Source of the DNA: Giardia intestinalis
Lineage: Eukaryota
Reading direction: 5' to 3' (one strand)
DNA: 64,000 bases
Assembly: GCA_000002435.2 (NCBI GenBank)
Contig: CM018791.1
Position numbers and translations under genes: made by a program. The notes below the pieces were generated by a model. It was not told the origin of the DNA. It saw only the letters and a program-made list of their open reading frames with translations, and made no database searches. This document shows positions 8,741 through 18,700 of this stretch, in pieces. Each line of letters opens with the position of its first letter. Positions within the stretch are counted from its first letter, which is position 1.

Positions 8741-10537
8741 ATGTTGGTAGGATTTCTCCTAGTTTGTGCAACCGTGCTGGCAAAGGACAGCGGGAAGACC
8801 GCGTGCGAGCAGAAGACGGGCGTCTGCGACGGCTCCTTGACCACCGCGGGCTGCGCGACCTGCACCCCGGCGGGCTCCAGCCAGACGTGCCTCACCTGCA
8901 CCACTTCGTCGCATAAGATCAGGCCGGACGAGAAGGGCTGCATCTCCGAGTGCCCCGCGGACGTGAGCACAGACGTCGATGGATTCTGCAAGTGCAAGAG
9001 CGGGTACACGCCGTCGACGAACGGGCAGACGTGCGAGCAGAAGACGGGCGTCTGCGACGGCTCCTTGACCACCGCGGGCTGCGCGACCTGCACCCCGGCG
9101 GGCTCCAGCCAGACGTGCCTCACCTGCACCACTTCGTCGCATAAGATCAGGCCGGACGAGAAGGGCTGCATCTCCGAGTGCCCCGCGGACGTGAGCACAG
9201 ACGTCGATGGATTCTGCAAGTGCAAGAGCGGGTACACGCCGTCGACGAACGGGCAGACGTGCGAGCAGAAGACGGGCGTCTGCGACGGCTCCTTGACCAC
9301 CGCGGGCTGCGCGACCTGCACCCCGGCGGGCTCCAGCCAGACGTGCCTCACCTGCACCACTTCGTCGCATAAGATCAGGCCGGACGAGAAGGGCTGCATC
9401 TCCGAGTGCCCCGCGGACGTGAGCACAGACGTCGATGGATTCTGCAAGTGCAAGAGCGGGTACACGCCGTCGACGAACGGGCAGACGTGCGAGCAGAAGA
9501 CGGGCGTCTGCGACGGCTCCTTGACCACCGCGGGCTGCGCGACCTGCACCCCGGCGGGCTCCAGCCAGACGTGCCTCACCTGCACCACTTCGTCGCATAA
9601 GATCAGGCCGGACGAGAAGGGCTGCATCTCCGAGTGCCCCGCGGACGTGAGCACAGACGTCGATGGATTCTGCAAGTGCAAGAGCGGGTACACGCCGTCG
9701 ACGAACGGGCAGACGTGCGAGCAGAAGACGGGCGTCTGCGACGGCTCCTTGACCACCGCGGGCTGCGCGACCTGCACCCCGGCGGGCTCCAGCCAGACGT
9801 GCCTCACCTGCACCACTTCGTCGCATAAGATCAGGCCGGACGAGAAGGGCTGCATCTCCGAGTGCCCCGCGGACGTGAGCACAGACGTCGATGGATTCTG
9901 CAAGTGCAAGAGCGGGTACACGCCGTCGACGAACGGGCAGACGTGCGAGCAGAAGACGGGCGTCTGCGACGGCTCCTTGACCACCGCGGGCTGCGCGACC
10001 TGCACCCCGGCGGGCTCCAGCCAGACGTGCCTCACCTGCACCACTTCGTCGCATAAGATCAGGCCGGACGAGAAGGGCTGCATCTCCGAGTGCCCCGCGG
10101 ACGTGAGCACAGACGTCGATGGATTCTGCAAGTGCAAGAGCGGGTACACGCCGTCGACGAACGGGCAGACGTGCGAGCAGAAGACGGGCGTCTGCGACGG
10201 CTCCTTGACCACCGCGGGCTGCGCGACCTGCACCCCGGCGGGCTCCAGCCAGACGTGCCTCACCTGCACCACTTCGTCGCATAAGATCAGGCCGGACGAG
10301 AAGGGCTGCATCTCCGAGTGCCCCGCGGACGTGAGCACAGACGTCGATGGATTCTGCAAGTGCAAGAGCGGGTACACGCCGTCGACGAACGGGCAGACGT
10401 GCGAGCCTTCTAATACCAATAAGAGCGGCGGCCTTTCTACCGGTGCCATTGCAGGCATCGCTGTGGCCGCTATCATCGTTGTTGGTGGCCTCGTCGGCTT
10501 CCTCTGCTGGTGGTTCTTGTGTAGGGGGAAGGCATAG
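8741..10537 (+). CDS. Variant-specific surface protein (VSP) with seven tandem 76-aa repeats and canonical CRGKA tail (598 aa from first plausible ATG)
   Basis: ATG at 8741 gives MLVGFLLVCATVLA, a signal peptide. The ORF-track start at 8441 sits in the same open frame upstream but adds a non-VSP leader. The body is CXXC-rich and ends in the VSP anchor GGLVGFLCWWFLCRGKA* followed by an AGTAAAC poly(A) signal. Confidence 0.9.
   Translation: MLVGFLLVCATVLAKDSGKTACEQKTGVCDGSLTTAGCATCTPAGSSQTCLTCTTSSHKIRPDEKGCISECPADVSTDVDGFCKCKSGYTPSTNGQTCEQKTGVCDGSLTTAGCATCTPAGSSQTCLTCTTSSHKIRPDEKGCISECPADVSTDVDGFCKCKSGYTPSTNGQTCEQKTGVCDGSLTTAGCATCTPAGSSQTCLTCTTSSHKIRPDEKGCISECPADVSTDVDGFCKCKSGYTPSTNGQTCEQKTGVCDGSLTTAGCATCTPAGSSQTCLTCTTSSHKIRPDEKGCISECPADVSTDVDGFCKCKSGYTPSTNGQTCEQKTGVCDGSLTTAGCATCTPAGSSQTCLTCTTSSHKIRPDEKGCISECPADVSTDVDGFCKCKSGYTPSTNGQTCEQKTGVCDGSLTTAGCATCTPAGSSQTCLTCTTSSHKIRPDEKGCISECPADVSTDVDGFCKCKSGYTPSTNGQTCEQKTGVCDGSLTTAGCATCTPAGSSQTCLTCTTSSHKIRPDEKGCISECPADVSTDVDGFCKCKSGYTPSTNGQTCEPSNTNKSGGLSTGAIAGIAVAAIIVVGGLVGFLCWWFLCRGKA
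8804..10399 (+). repeat. 7 perfect tandem copies of a 228-bp (76-aa) unit inside the VSP coding sequence
   Basis: The unit tgcgagcagaagacgggcgtctgcgacggc... begins at 8804, 9032, 9260, 9488, 9716, 9944 and 10172, with a truncated eighth start at 10400. The out-of-frame 64-aa ORFs at 8950, 9178, 9406, 9634, 9862 and 10090 are identical. The encoded peptide is CEQKTGVCDGSLTTAGCATCTPAGSSQTCLTCTTSSHKIRPDEKGCISECPADVSTDVDGFCKCKSGYTPSTNGQT. Confidence 0.95.
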
Positions 10538-10559
10538 ATACTTAGCTGTGTACTTAGAT

Positions 10560-10566
10560 AGTAAAC
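10560..10566 (+). terminator. Putative poly(A) signal AGTAAAC
   Basis: agtaaac lies 23 nt after the VSP stop (TAG at 10535-10537) and matches the Giardia AGTRAAY consensus. Confidence 0.55.
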
Positions 10567-10958
10567 GCGTTACTGTGCATAACTTGTATAGATGTGTTGC
10601 TGGACTTGTCTGCAAACGCGGTTCAGAGGCGAAGGTTGGTCGTTGATGATACATAATGAGAGACTTCTCTCCATCAATGCATCCAGAGCCCTGCGCGGTC
10701 CTCGGTCGGCGTGCTCTGTCTGGGGCGCTCCGTGTCGACCTCCAGGATCCGGCCTGCTCAGGGCCATGCGAGTCGCGAGCGTGCTCTCCTTGACCTGCCA
10801 TCAACAACTCGCACTGGGCGCCTTGCTCGGGCAGTAGCCAAGGTCACTCCAAAGGGTGGCTCCGGATTGCAGTTAAAATCAGCGGCGGCTGTTGACTCCA
10901 CTCCCTCTCCCAGCCACCGCAGAGGGCGCCCTAGGAGTTGCTAGTAACAGTGCAGTTA

Positions 10959-11094
10959 ATGGCTTTGCATGGCCGATGGGCACTGGTGGCGTCCCCGTGC
11001 TCAGCAGGCACCCTCAGTGTTATCTACTCTCTCAGGGGATGTCCCTACCTTACTGTGAGAGAGATCCGGCTCGACGGTCTGGATCAGCACGGTG
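10959..11094 (+). pseudogene. Out-of-frame remnant of a kinase N-lobe (subdomains I-II) belonging to the downstream NEK-like gene
   Basis: Frame 3 translates to MALHGRWALVASPCSAGTLSVIYSLRGCPYLTVREIRLDGLDQHG. It resembles the G-loop plus VAVKEI segment of neighbouring NEKs (compare ILDFGAYAKVYRCTRKSDGAALAVKEAHV in the 40617 gene), but GxGxxG is degenerate and the Lys is Arg. The frame closes at 11127-11129, while the kinase continues in frame 1 from about 11098. Confidence 0.35.
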
Positions 11095-11097
11095 TGG

Positions 11098-12411
11098 ATG
11101 CTAAAGCGTGGGCTGACCGCTCTTCTTAACCTTTCCCACCCAGACGTTCTCAAATACCACCAGGTGCTTACAGATGGCAACACGATTCTTGTTGTTACAG
11201 ACCGCTGCTGTGGAGACCTCCGGCAGTTCATCACCGACTACAGGGACATTCACGAACCTATTCCCAGCGAGCTGATGCTCTCCCTCCTGGAGCAACTGGC
11301 CGACGCCCTTGCCCACCTCCACAGCCTCAGCAGAAGTGCCCACAGCGGCCTGCCCTCTAGCGTTGTCCTCGAGCCCGACAACATCATGTTCGCTGGGGAC
11401 GGGCGGCGTGTTGTTCTTGCAGACTTCGGGTTCTGCGAGGGCATATCGAGCGGAGCTGCGAAGGCTGGCGACCCCGCGTACATGGCCCCCGAGACACTCC
11501 TCTGCGGTGACACGACCGCCGCATCCGACGTCTGGAGCCTTGGGGCCGTCGCATACGAGCTCGCCACCCTGAGGAAGCCGGACTTCCTGGGGGGCAGAGA
11601 ACCAGAGGATGTCTTCGTCGATGGATGGAGGCCGGACCTGAGTGGTGTCACTGATGGCTTCATAAAGAGTGTTCTGGAAAGGATATTCGTGCTGGATCCC
11701 GCTGAAAGGCCAACGGCCAAAGAGCTCGGCTGTCTGCTTCGGATGGCCAATGATTCTACTGATGAACAGGAGGCCCAAGACACAAGGCTAAAGGAGGTGT
11801 GTGCAGCCTTTGTAGAAGCCTTGAATAGGGCCAGCAACGAAACAGTAGCTCTCAGGAAGGACCCTCCTGATCGAGCTACAAGAATGGACATCATCAGGGA
11901 GCAGTGTGCTATTGCCGCCAAGCTATTCAGAGAAATACAGGAGATTAAGGCAGAGATGGGCGAAACAGACGAGACAGACGAAATGGAGGAGTCAGACGAG
12001 TCAGAAGAACCAGAAAAGCACCTAATAGAGGAGGACGACTCCACCGACCTCATGAAGGCAGTCGACAGAAACGACGTGGAGGCCGTGAAGACCCTCATAC
12101 CGCTCCAGGGGGGCATGAAGATGAAGGGATGCGCACTTGTAGGTGACTGGAAGATATACGAGGGAACTGCTCTGATGAGAGCGGCGGTATACGGACACGC
12201 AGGGATCGTGGAGCTGCTCGCGGAGAAAGAGAAGGGACTGAAAGATAGCAACGGATGGACGGCCCTCATGTGGGCTGTGAAGAACGATCACACAGACTGT
12301 GTCAGGCTCCTCATGAGAGAGAAGGACTTGAAGGGTTATAATGGAGGGACTGCCCTTGACATGGCTAAGTTATGGAGAAACCATGAGATAGTCGCCCTCC
12401 TCTCAGAGTAA
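11098..12411 (+). CDS. NEK-family pseudokinase with C-terminal ankyrin repeats; N-lobe apparently displaced by a frameshift
   Basis: The ORF-track start at 11092 is GTG; the first ATG is 11098. Kinase subdomains III-XI are present (LNLSHPDVLKYH, LADFGF, YMAPETL, DVWSLG), but the catalytic loop reads VVLEPDNIMF instead of HRDLKPEN. The C-terminus carries TALMRAA / TALMWAV / TALDMA ankyrin repeats. Confidence 0.6.
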   Translation: MLKRGLTALLNLSHPDVLKYHQVLTDGNTILVVTDRCCGDLRQFITDYRDIHEPIPSELMLSLLEQLADALAHLHSLSRSAHSGLPSSVVLEPDNIMFAGDGRRVVLADFGFCEGISSGAAKAGDPAYMAPETLLCGDTTAASDVWSLGAVAYELATLRKPDFLGGREPEDVFVDGWRPDLSGVTDGFIKSVLERIFVLDPAERPTAKELGCLLRMANDSTDEQEAQDTRLKEVCAAFVEALNRASNETVALRKDPPDRATRMDIIREQCAIAAKLFREIQEIKAEMGETDETDEMEESDESEEPEKHLIEEDDSTDLMKAVDRNDVEAVKTLIPLQGGMKMKGCALVGDWKIYEGTALMRAAVYGHAGIVELLAEKEKGLKDSNGWTALMWAVKNDHTDCVRLLMREKDLKGYNGGTALDMAKLWRNHEIVALLSE

Positions 12412-12663
12412 ACGCCTTAAAGCCAATGGATTGAAGCGCCAGTGCCACATTTTACTGATCACAGAGAGACGGAGAGGAGCTCCAGGGACTCGGTGGGGAG
12501 CAAGGGCAGCGCATCCTCAGAGGAGCAGGCACGTGGAACGAGTCCATCTCCACGGCTCGTCTGCTTCTGGTGGGATCTATTACCACGTGGAGGCAGCCCG
12601 GACAGTCCTGGTTTATGTCTGGTGCATCAAGCAAGGTGAAGATTTAATAATAGTTAACGACGA

Positions 12664-15600
12664 ATGAAGGGCTCTGACCTGGCCCAGGACACGCCCCTTG
12701 CCTTCTGTCGAGGACACCGAACAGAGAAAGCTGAATCAGAGAGTAGCGATGGCGACCATGTCACTCCTCGGACGGTAAATCGCGACACTCTTCTGATGCG
12801 TGCGGCCAGCGACGGTGACGCAGATCGTCTACGAAGTATTCTTGACATCCACAGTGAGTTGCTCAGGCAGAAGAACAGGCCCGGTAAAACAGCGCTGATG
12901 TTGGCCGCAGAGAGGGGACACTATGAGTGTGCAAGGGAACTCTTACAGGAAGTGGGAATCACCACACCGTCCGATACCACGGCGCTCATGCTTGCCATCC
13001 GCTCTCGGCATACGCCGATCATTGAGTTGCTGGCCCCGCTAGAGGGTACGCTGTCCGGCATGACAGCCCTTATGCAAGCAATCATTACAGGCTCCGTATC
13101 TACCTCCACCATAGCTACGTACTCAACAGATCTAGGACAACAGGATCGTTGCGGAATGAGCGCTCTCATGTACTCGGCCCTATTCTGTAGGCCCGAATCC
13201 ACGGCACTGATCCTTCAAAGTTCGGTCAGCAGTGAAGTAAGCGAGCTCTCATTGGTTAGTGGCAAACAGGAGACAGCGTTGATGATTGCAACGGAGCAGG
13301 ACTGTCCTGAGTGTGTTGCACAGCTTCTGGCCGAAGCCGGACATATCTCACGTGGCCGTCGCTCTGCACTGTTAATAGCCATGGAGCTACCGAGGAGGGA
13401 CTGTGCAGATCTGCTTCTATCCTCGAAAAAAGAGCGGATGATTAGTAGGGTGACACAACTCATGGTAGATGCCCGCTACGGAGCCTCAACGTCGGACTCT
13501 CTTCTAAGAGATAATGGGAAGAGTGCAGTAGACAAGAAGACCGCGCTCATGCATGCTTCTATTGCGGGTAATTTGGAGATGGTACAGGCGCTGAAGCAGA
13601 GTGAAGCAAGGATGCAGGATAAGCTAGGATGGACAGCGCTTATGTATGCTGTAAGAAGTAAGAACACAGGTATTGTGTCCAAGTTGGCTCTATGTGAAGC
13701 TGGAGTTATCAGTAGATCAGGAGAGACGGCACTGTCCATGGCTATAGAGCAGGCGTTTGAGCCTGCTGTGCAAATACTGCTTCCCCATGAGATGAGCGTT
13801 ACTACGGAGTATTGTCCTAATCTTGTTATGCACTCGGTGCGGAGAAAACCGCCGAACATTCCGATAATAAGTATCCTGATAGAATATTGCATCAAGCATA
13901 GCGCTAAAAGACCCTTTGTGCCACTCCGTCGCCCCGCAGAAGGGTTTTGGAAGGAGACAGCCCTGATCCGCGCTGCGGCTGTAGGAGACAAGGCCCTCAT
14001 AGAGAAGAATATAACACAAGTCGGCCAGATGCACAGAGGATATACTGCCCTGCTCACGGCAGCAGAGAGAAACAGAGCAGATTGCATACCACTACTCTTG
14101 AGAGAGCTGGGTATCCAGGTCTGGGATGGGCAGACAGCCTTGATGCGTGCAAGCGAGCTGGGACACGTCGAATGCATTCCTTTATTGTTAGCAGAGTCAT
14201 ACGCAACCACTGCAGCAGGAACCACAGCCTTGATGAAGGCTTCTGCTGCAAACAAGCCAGATGCAGTGAGACTGCTTCTCCATGAAGCGGGTCTGCAGGA
14301 TGCAGAGGGCCACACAGCGCTGGTGGTAGCGGCCCAGCGGAACCACCAAGAGGTTGTGGAGATCCTAGTGGATCTTGAAAAGGGTATAATGGACAAGGAA
14401 GCTAAAACGGCGCTTGTGCACGCTATTCTCAATAAAGCAACAGATTGCATTGAGCCACTGTTAAGGTCAGAAAGGGAGTTCACGAAAATTAGTCCGTTGA
14501 TGGTGGACGTCAGTTTGGGGAAGACTATTTCTGTAGAAGCCTACAGATCTGAGTTGAGAAGGCTCGACAACCATGGAAACACGGCCCTGATGTATGCGGT
14601 CATGGCTAAGAACTATTCTGGAATACAGGTATTGTTAGAATCCGAGGGGGGCATGCAGAGCCCATCAGGAGCATTCGGGTTGCTCTTGGCAGCAGAGCTC
14701 CAGGACCTTCGGGGAATTGAACTTATCGCGCAATGCCCGCAAGAGCGTTCTCTATATGATGCACGTGGAGACACTGCTCTCACATATTCAATTAAGAGAA
14801 AGCTGAAAGGTAGCACACAGGCTCTTGCCAAGTTGCTGTTTGATATTCCAACTAGCAATGGAACGCTTCCATTAGATATTGCACTGACTGAGGGGAATGG
14901 AGAGGCCTACGCTCTGCTTTACTCTCTCCACCTTGAAAAGTCCACAGAATTCATTCTGACACAAAAGCCTTTAGTGCTGAAGAGGGTGGAGGAACCGACA
15001 GAGCTGCTCCGTGCAGTTGATAGAAAGGACATAGAAGGGGTTCGCGCACATCTCAACCGAGTCGGATACATGTTTCAAGGCCGGAGCGCTCTATTCAAAG
15101 CTGCTGAAGCGGGAAGCGTAGACATTCTCCGCCTGCTACTCTGTGAGTCTCGCAACACTAACCTCATTGGTGAGACCGCACTTATTCTTGCTACGCTGTC
15201 TGGCAACCGAGAGGCTGTCCAGATCCTTGCCCCATTAGAGACAGGAATTAGTGGCTTTAACGAAGCCATGGTCTGCGCCGCTCTAGATGATCTCCCAGGT
15301 TTGAAGAAGTGTATTGGCGACGGTAGCTGTATGGCTGACACATTGGGTAACACAGCGTTGGTTTACGCAGCAGCATGCGGTTCATTACTGTGCATGGAGC
15401 ATCTACTTAAGCAAGGAATCGGGAAAGAAAGCGGAAAGCTGACGCCTTTAATGGCCGCAGCGCGTAATAATAAAGTTGATGCTGTACGGCTGCTACTCGA
15501 GTGCTCCCAGTTTCATGGACAGCAAGATGTCCTTGGAATGACTGCGCTGATGCATGCAGTTGATAAGTGCGCCTGCGAGGCTGCATGCTTGCTCTTGCCG

Positions 15601-15681
15601 CATGAGGCTACGTTGATAAATGCATTCGGAGAGACAGCCTTCGATATAGCCAGGAGACGCAATGTCAGCCTATCAGAGTGA
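12664..15681 (+). CDS. Protein 21.1-family ankyrin-repeat protein (1005 aa)
   Basis: ATG at 12664. More than 20 degenerate ~33-aa ankyrin repeats of the Giardia TALMxAA...GHxExVxLL type. Confidence 0.85.
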   Translation: MKGSDLAQDTPLAFCRGHRTEKAESESSDGDHVTPRTVNRDTLLMRAASDGDADRLRSILDIHSELLRQKNRPGKTALMLAAERGHYECARELLQEVGITTPSDTTALMLAIRSRHTPIIELLAPLEGTLSGMTALMQAIITGSVSTSTIATYSTDLGQQDRCGMSALMYSALFCRPESTALILQSSVSSEVSELSLVSGKQETALMIATEQDCPECVAQLLAEAGHISRGRRSALLIAMELPRRDCADLLLSSKKERMISRVTQLMVDARYGASTSDSLLRDNGKSAVDKKTALMHASIAGNLEMVQALKQSEARMQDKLGWTALMYAVRSKNTGIVSKLALCEAGVISRSGETALSMAIEQAFEPAVQILLPHEMSVTTEYCPNLVMHSVRRKPPNIPIISILIEYCIKHSAKRPFVPLRRPAEGFWKETALIRAAAVGDKALIEKNITQVGQMHRGYTALLTAAERNRADCIPLLLRELGIQVWDGQTALMRASELGHVECIPLLLAESYATTAAGTTALMKASAANKPDAVRLLLHEAGLQDAEGHTALVVAAQRNHQEVVEILVDLEKGIMDKEAKTALVHAILNKATDCIEPLLRSEREFTKISPLMVDVSLGKTISVEAYRSELRRLDNHGNTALMYAVMAKNYSGIQVLLESEGGMQSPSGAFGLLLAAELQDLRGIELIAQCPQERSLYDARGDTALTYSIKRKLKGSTQALAKLLFDIPTSNGTLPLDIALTEGNGEAYALLYSLHLEKSTEFILTQKPLVLKRVEEPTELLRAVDRKDIEGVRAHLNRVGYMFQGRSALFKAAEAGSVDILRLLLCESRNTNLIGETALILATLSGNREAVQILAPLETGISGFNEAMVCAALDDLPGLKKCIGDGSCMADTLGNTALVYAAACGSLLCMEHLLKQGIGKESGKLTPLMAAARNNKVDAVRLLLECSQFHGQQDVLGMTALMHAVDKCACEAACLLLPHEATLINAFGETAFDIARRRNVSLSE

Positions 15682-15777
15682 GCTAGTGAGAACATCCTCG
15701 TGCACAGTGAAAGACGAAGTGAATGCACAAACATCTAAAAGCACGGCATCTTTAAAAACACGAGTTGGGTAGCATCG

Positions 15778-18700
15778 ATGGAGCCAACCGTAGCGATTAA
15801 GCCGGAGGCAGCGGTTGTCTGCACAAAGAGTCTTGAGTCCATCTTTACACGTAGTGACCCCAAAGAGATGTGCGAGGCACTGCAGACAGCGATTCAACTG
15901 GCGTCAAACAAACAGAGTATTGATCATCTGGTCCTTCCCGTGATCAAGCACGCCAGCACCTCAACCGACCATAGACTGAAAAAGCTCCTCCACATCTTCT
16001 GGCCGCTTGTTGAGTGCTATCATGGAGGTCAGCTGAAATCTCACATTATACTGATGTCGAACTCCATTCTTCACGACCTCAAAAGCCCCAATGAAATGAT
16101 CCTCTGCTCAGCACTTCGCTGCATCCTTCACTTGCAAGTCATCGAGGTTATATCTAACATCATCACTGGGGTCCCGCCACTATTGTCTCACCCCGACCAT
16201 AGAGTTCGCTGCGCCGCAGTTGCCGCTATTCATTCTGTTCGTGCGCGCTATGGTGACATTATTTCGCTTGGAGACGTATATACACGCCTAGCAGAAGAGG
16301 AGAACGTTGCGGTCTTGCGCCGTCTTGTCTTCCTTCTTGCGGATCTAGACCCAGAAAATGGTGCTCTTCACGTACTCAAACTCCTGAGGCGCATGGGTGT
16401 TGCCGACGTCTCTGACTTTTTATATGATGTGCTCCCCCAACTAGTTAAAGGGATGCAGGGCGATAAAATAGGGTTTCTGGAGACTGTGCTCTCTGTCACA
16501 AAGAAGTCGATTGCACAATTTGATTCACGTGTACAATATTCAGCGGGCCTTGGCCTTTGGGCTATTGTAGTTCTTTATCCAACAATTAGCTTCCAAGGCC
16601 TAAATAAGGGCCAATCAGAGGGGAATTGCAGTGAAATTACGCGAGAGGATATTGCTGTGATGGCAGTTCAGTCTCTCCTGCACGCCAGTAGAACCATTGA
16701 CGATGCTTGCATGATAACAATACTTGATATTATTAGGGAAGCCGTTTCGCTGTTTGCACAGGCCTTCATGAATCACAGCATTATTAGCAATATCACCTTC
16801 TCCCTTTGCTCCAGCCATATGTCTGATGCTGCCCGATCCCGTCTTCTGGGACTCAAACTCTTCAGCACACTTGCTCATATAGGTTCTGCCCGCCAGCTTC
16901 TAGAAACATTTATTTTGTCCCCCTTTATAACTACAAGCTGTATTACTGTGCTGTATGAATCTGTATCAGAGATATTCAGTATTGTATCTAGCTTGAAGAC
17001 CTCTGAAGAACTTATGGAACTGGGAGCTACTCCTTTTGTGCTTACCGAGTTGGTTCATAAAGTTACCACATATTCTCCGGCCTATACAACCCTTGCCAAG
17101 ACAAACGCTGAGTACAAGCGTGGGCTGTGGACCGATACTTGTTGCGATGTTGTAAAGGTGCTGATGTGCATCTTAAAGGGTATTGTGACCACTGACAGTC
17201 CACCTTCTGTTGCAGCGCTAGAGACAGGGCAGTTGTGCATGAGACTTCTCCTGTACCTGGTGCTCTGCAACAAAGGTCCAAATGGTAGATGGAACCCAGA
17301 GGTATCTCAAGCAGCAATTGTGGCTGTTGGAGACATCTCACCGATGCTTGTGCTTCTTCTTGTTTGCTATTTCTTGAAAATTGCATTTAAGACATCTTCC
17401 GAAGAGAAGGATCTAAACTACGACTTCTCTACGCAGTACTTGGGGATGTCCCCCCTGGCATTTTTGCCCACTGCCGTAGCAGAGGCATCAAAGGGCTCCG
17501 TTGATCCTAGAACCCTTTGTGGACTTGCAACTAAAGAGATGTACGATGCCCAGGATTCACTTATCATTGCCGTCTCTTGCAGGTACCTTCTTGCAGGTAT
17601 TGATGCCTGCGTCAAAACAGGTCTTTACACAAGGGAAGGTATATCTGGCCTGCTGTTAGTTGGCATTGCAAAATACTACAAAGTCATCGAAAAAAATACT
17701 GCAGTGTGCAGCAGCGACCTCTGCTTTATTAACTTGCAGATGAAGCGTATCGTGAACCATTGCAAAGGAGAAGTTGACGGCAAGGACTTTTCGGAAAATA
17801 AAACAAGTTATAATCACTCGGCGCATCATTCAACGCACACATTAGGCTCTTCAGCTGCGTCTCCTAGACTTGTCTCGTCACTATCTCACGCCATATCTGG
17901 TGTGCAATTCAGTATCTTAGGCACCTCGGTTGAAAGACCGACTATTACACAGGAGACAGCTATTCTGACGCGCAGCTTTGGGTCTGACGACTTGTATAAC
18001 ACTCTAGTCGAACTAGCTGTGCCCCAATCTTCTGAAAAAGGATCTTCTCTCGCCACTGTCTTTACTAAGGACACAGATTTTTCGCTATACACTCCCAGTC
18101 AGAGTGCATCATGCAATGCCATTAGTATTGATTCAGCTGGGAAAATATATAGTAGTGGATCGCTCGGGAATGTGGTCCAGCTTTCAGGAGACTCTGAGCG
18201 AATCTACGCCGAGGCTATCATTCAGGTCTCTCCCTCCTTGATAGCTCTAGAGGTACTCTTCATTAATAGAACTAATGAGTCTGCACAGGATGTCACATTG
18301 GAACTGTTTGCAAGTCCCTCTCTCCGGGTGCCTCATACAGCCAATAAAGTAGTCAATCTAGAACCCTACGGATTTGCAAGGGACAAGTACATCCTCTACG
18401 TAGACAACTGTGAAGCTGGGGTTATTTATGGAAATATAACGGCGAAATTCACCCAGGAGAAGCAGAAAAACGAGTCAAGGACACACGAAGTCATTCACCG
18501 CACTAAGGAGATTGATATCAATATTCGATCATTCCTTACCCCCTATTCTCTAAGAGACAGAGAGTTCTGCCGTCTATGGTCCATATTTGATTGGGAGTAT
18601 AAGGTTGCAGTGTCAACATTAGCTCCACCGGAGGGGGTCGCGTTAATGGTTAAGGCAAGCCTCAATGCGTTCGTTCTTCCGGAAGAAGAGGCTCTCTTAC

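Noticed and set aside
8804-10399. Regular repeat array considered as CRISPR-like
   Set aside because: The units are directly abutting 228-bp coding repeats with no unique spacers, inside a eukaryotic surface-protein gene. This is not a CRISPR architecture.
8563-10807. Long antisense ORFs (637 and 682 aa) and six identical 64-aa sense out-of-frame ORFs inside the VSP repeat array
   Set aside because: They are artefacts of the perfect 228-bp tandem repeat: each repeat lacks stops in several frames. The in-frame VSP reading (CXXC motifs, TM anchor, CRGKA) is the real gene.
13476-14483. 335-aa antisense ORF (and similar ones at 12921..13202, 35287..35469, 36337..36690) inside ankyrin-repeat genes
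   Set aside because: The sense strand encodes a continuous, family-typical ankyrin protein. The antisense ORFs are Ser/Ala/Arg-rich and arise from the repetitive GC-biased codon usage of ankyrin repeats.
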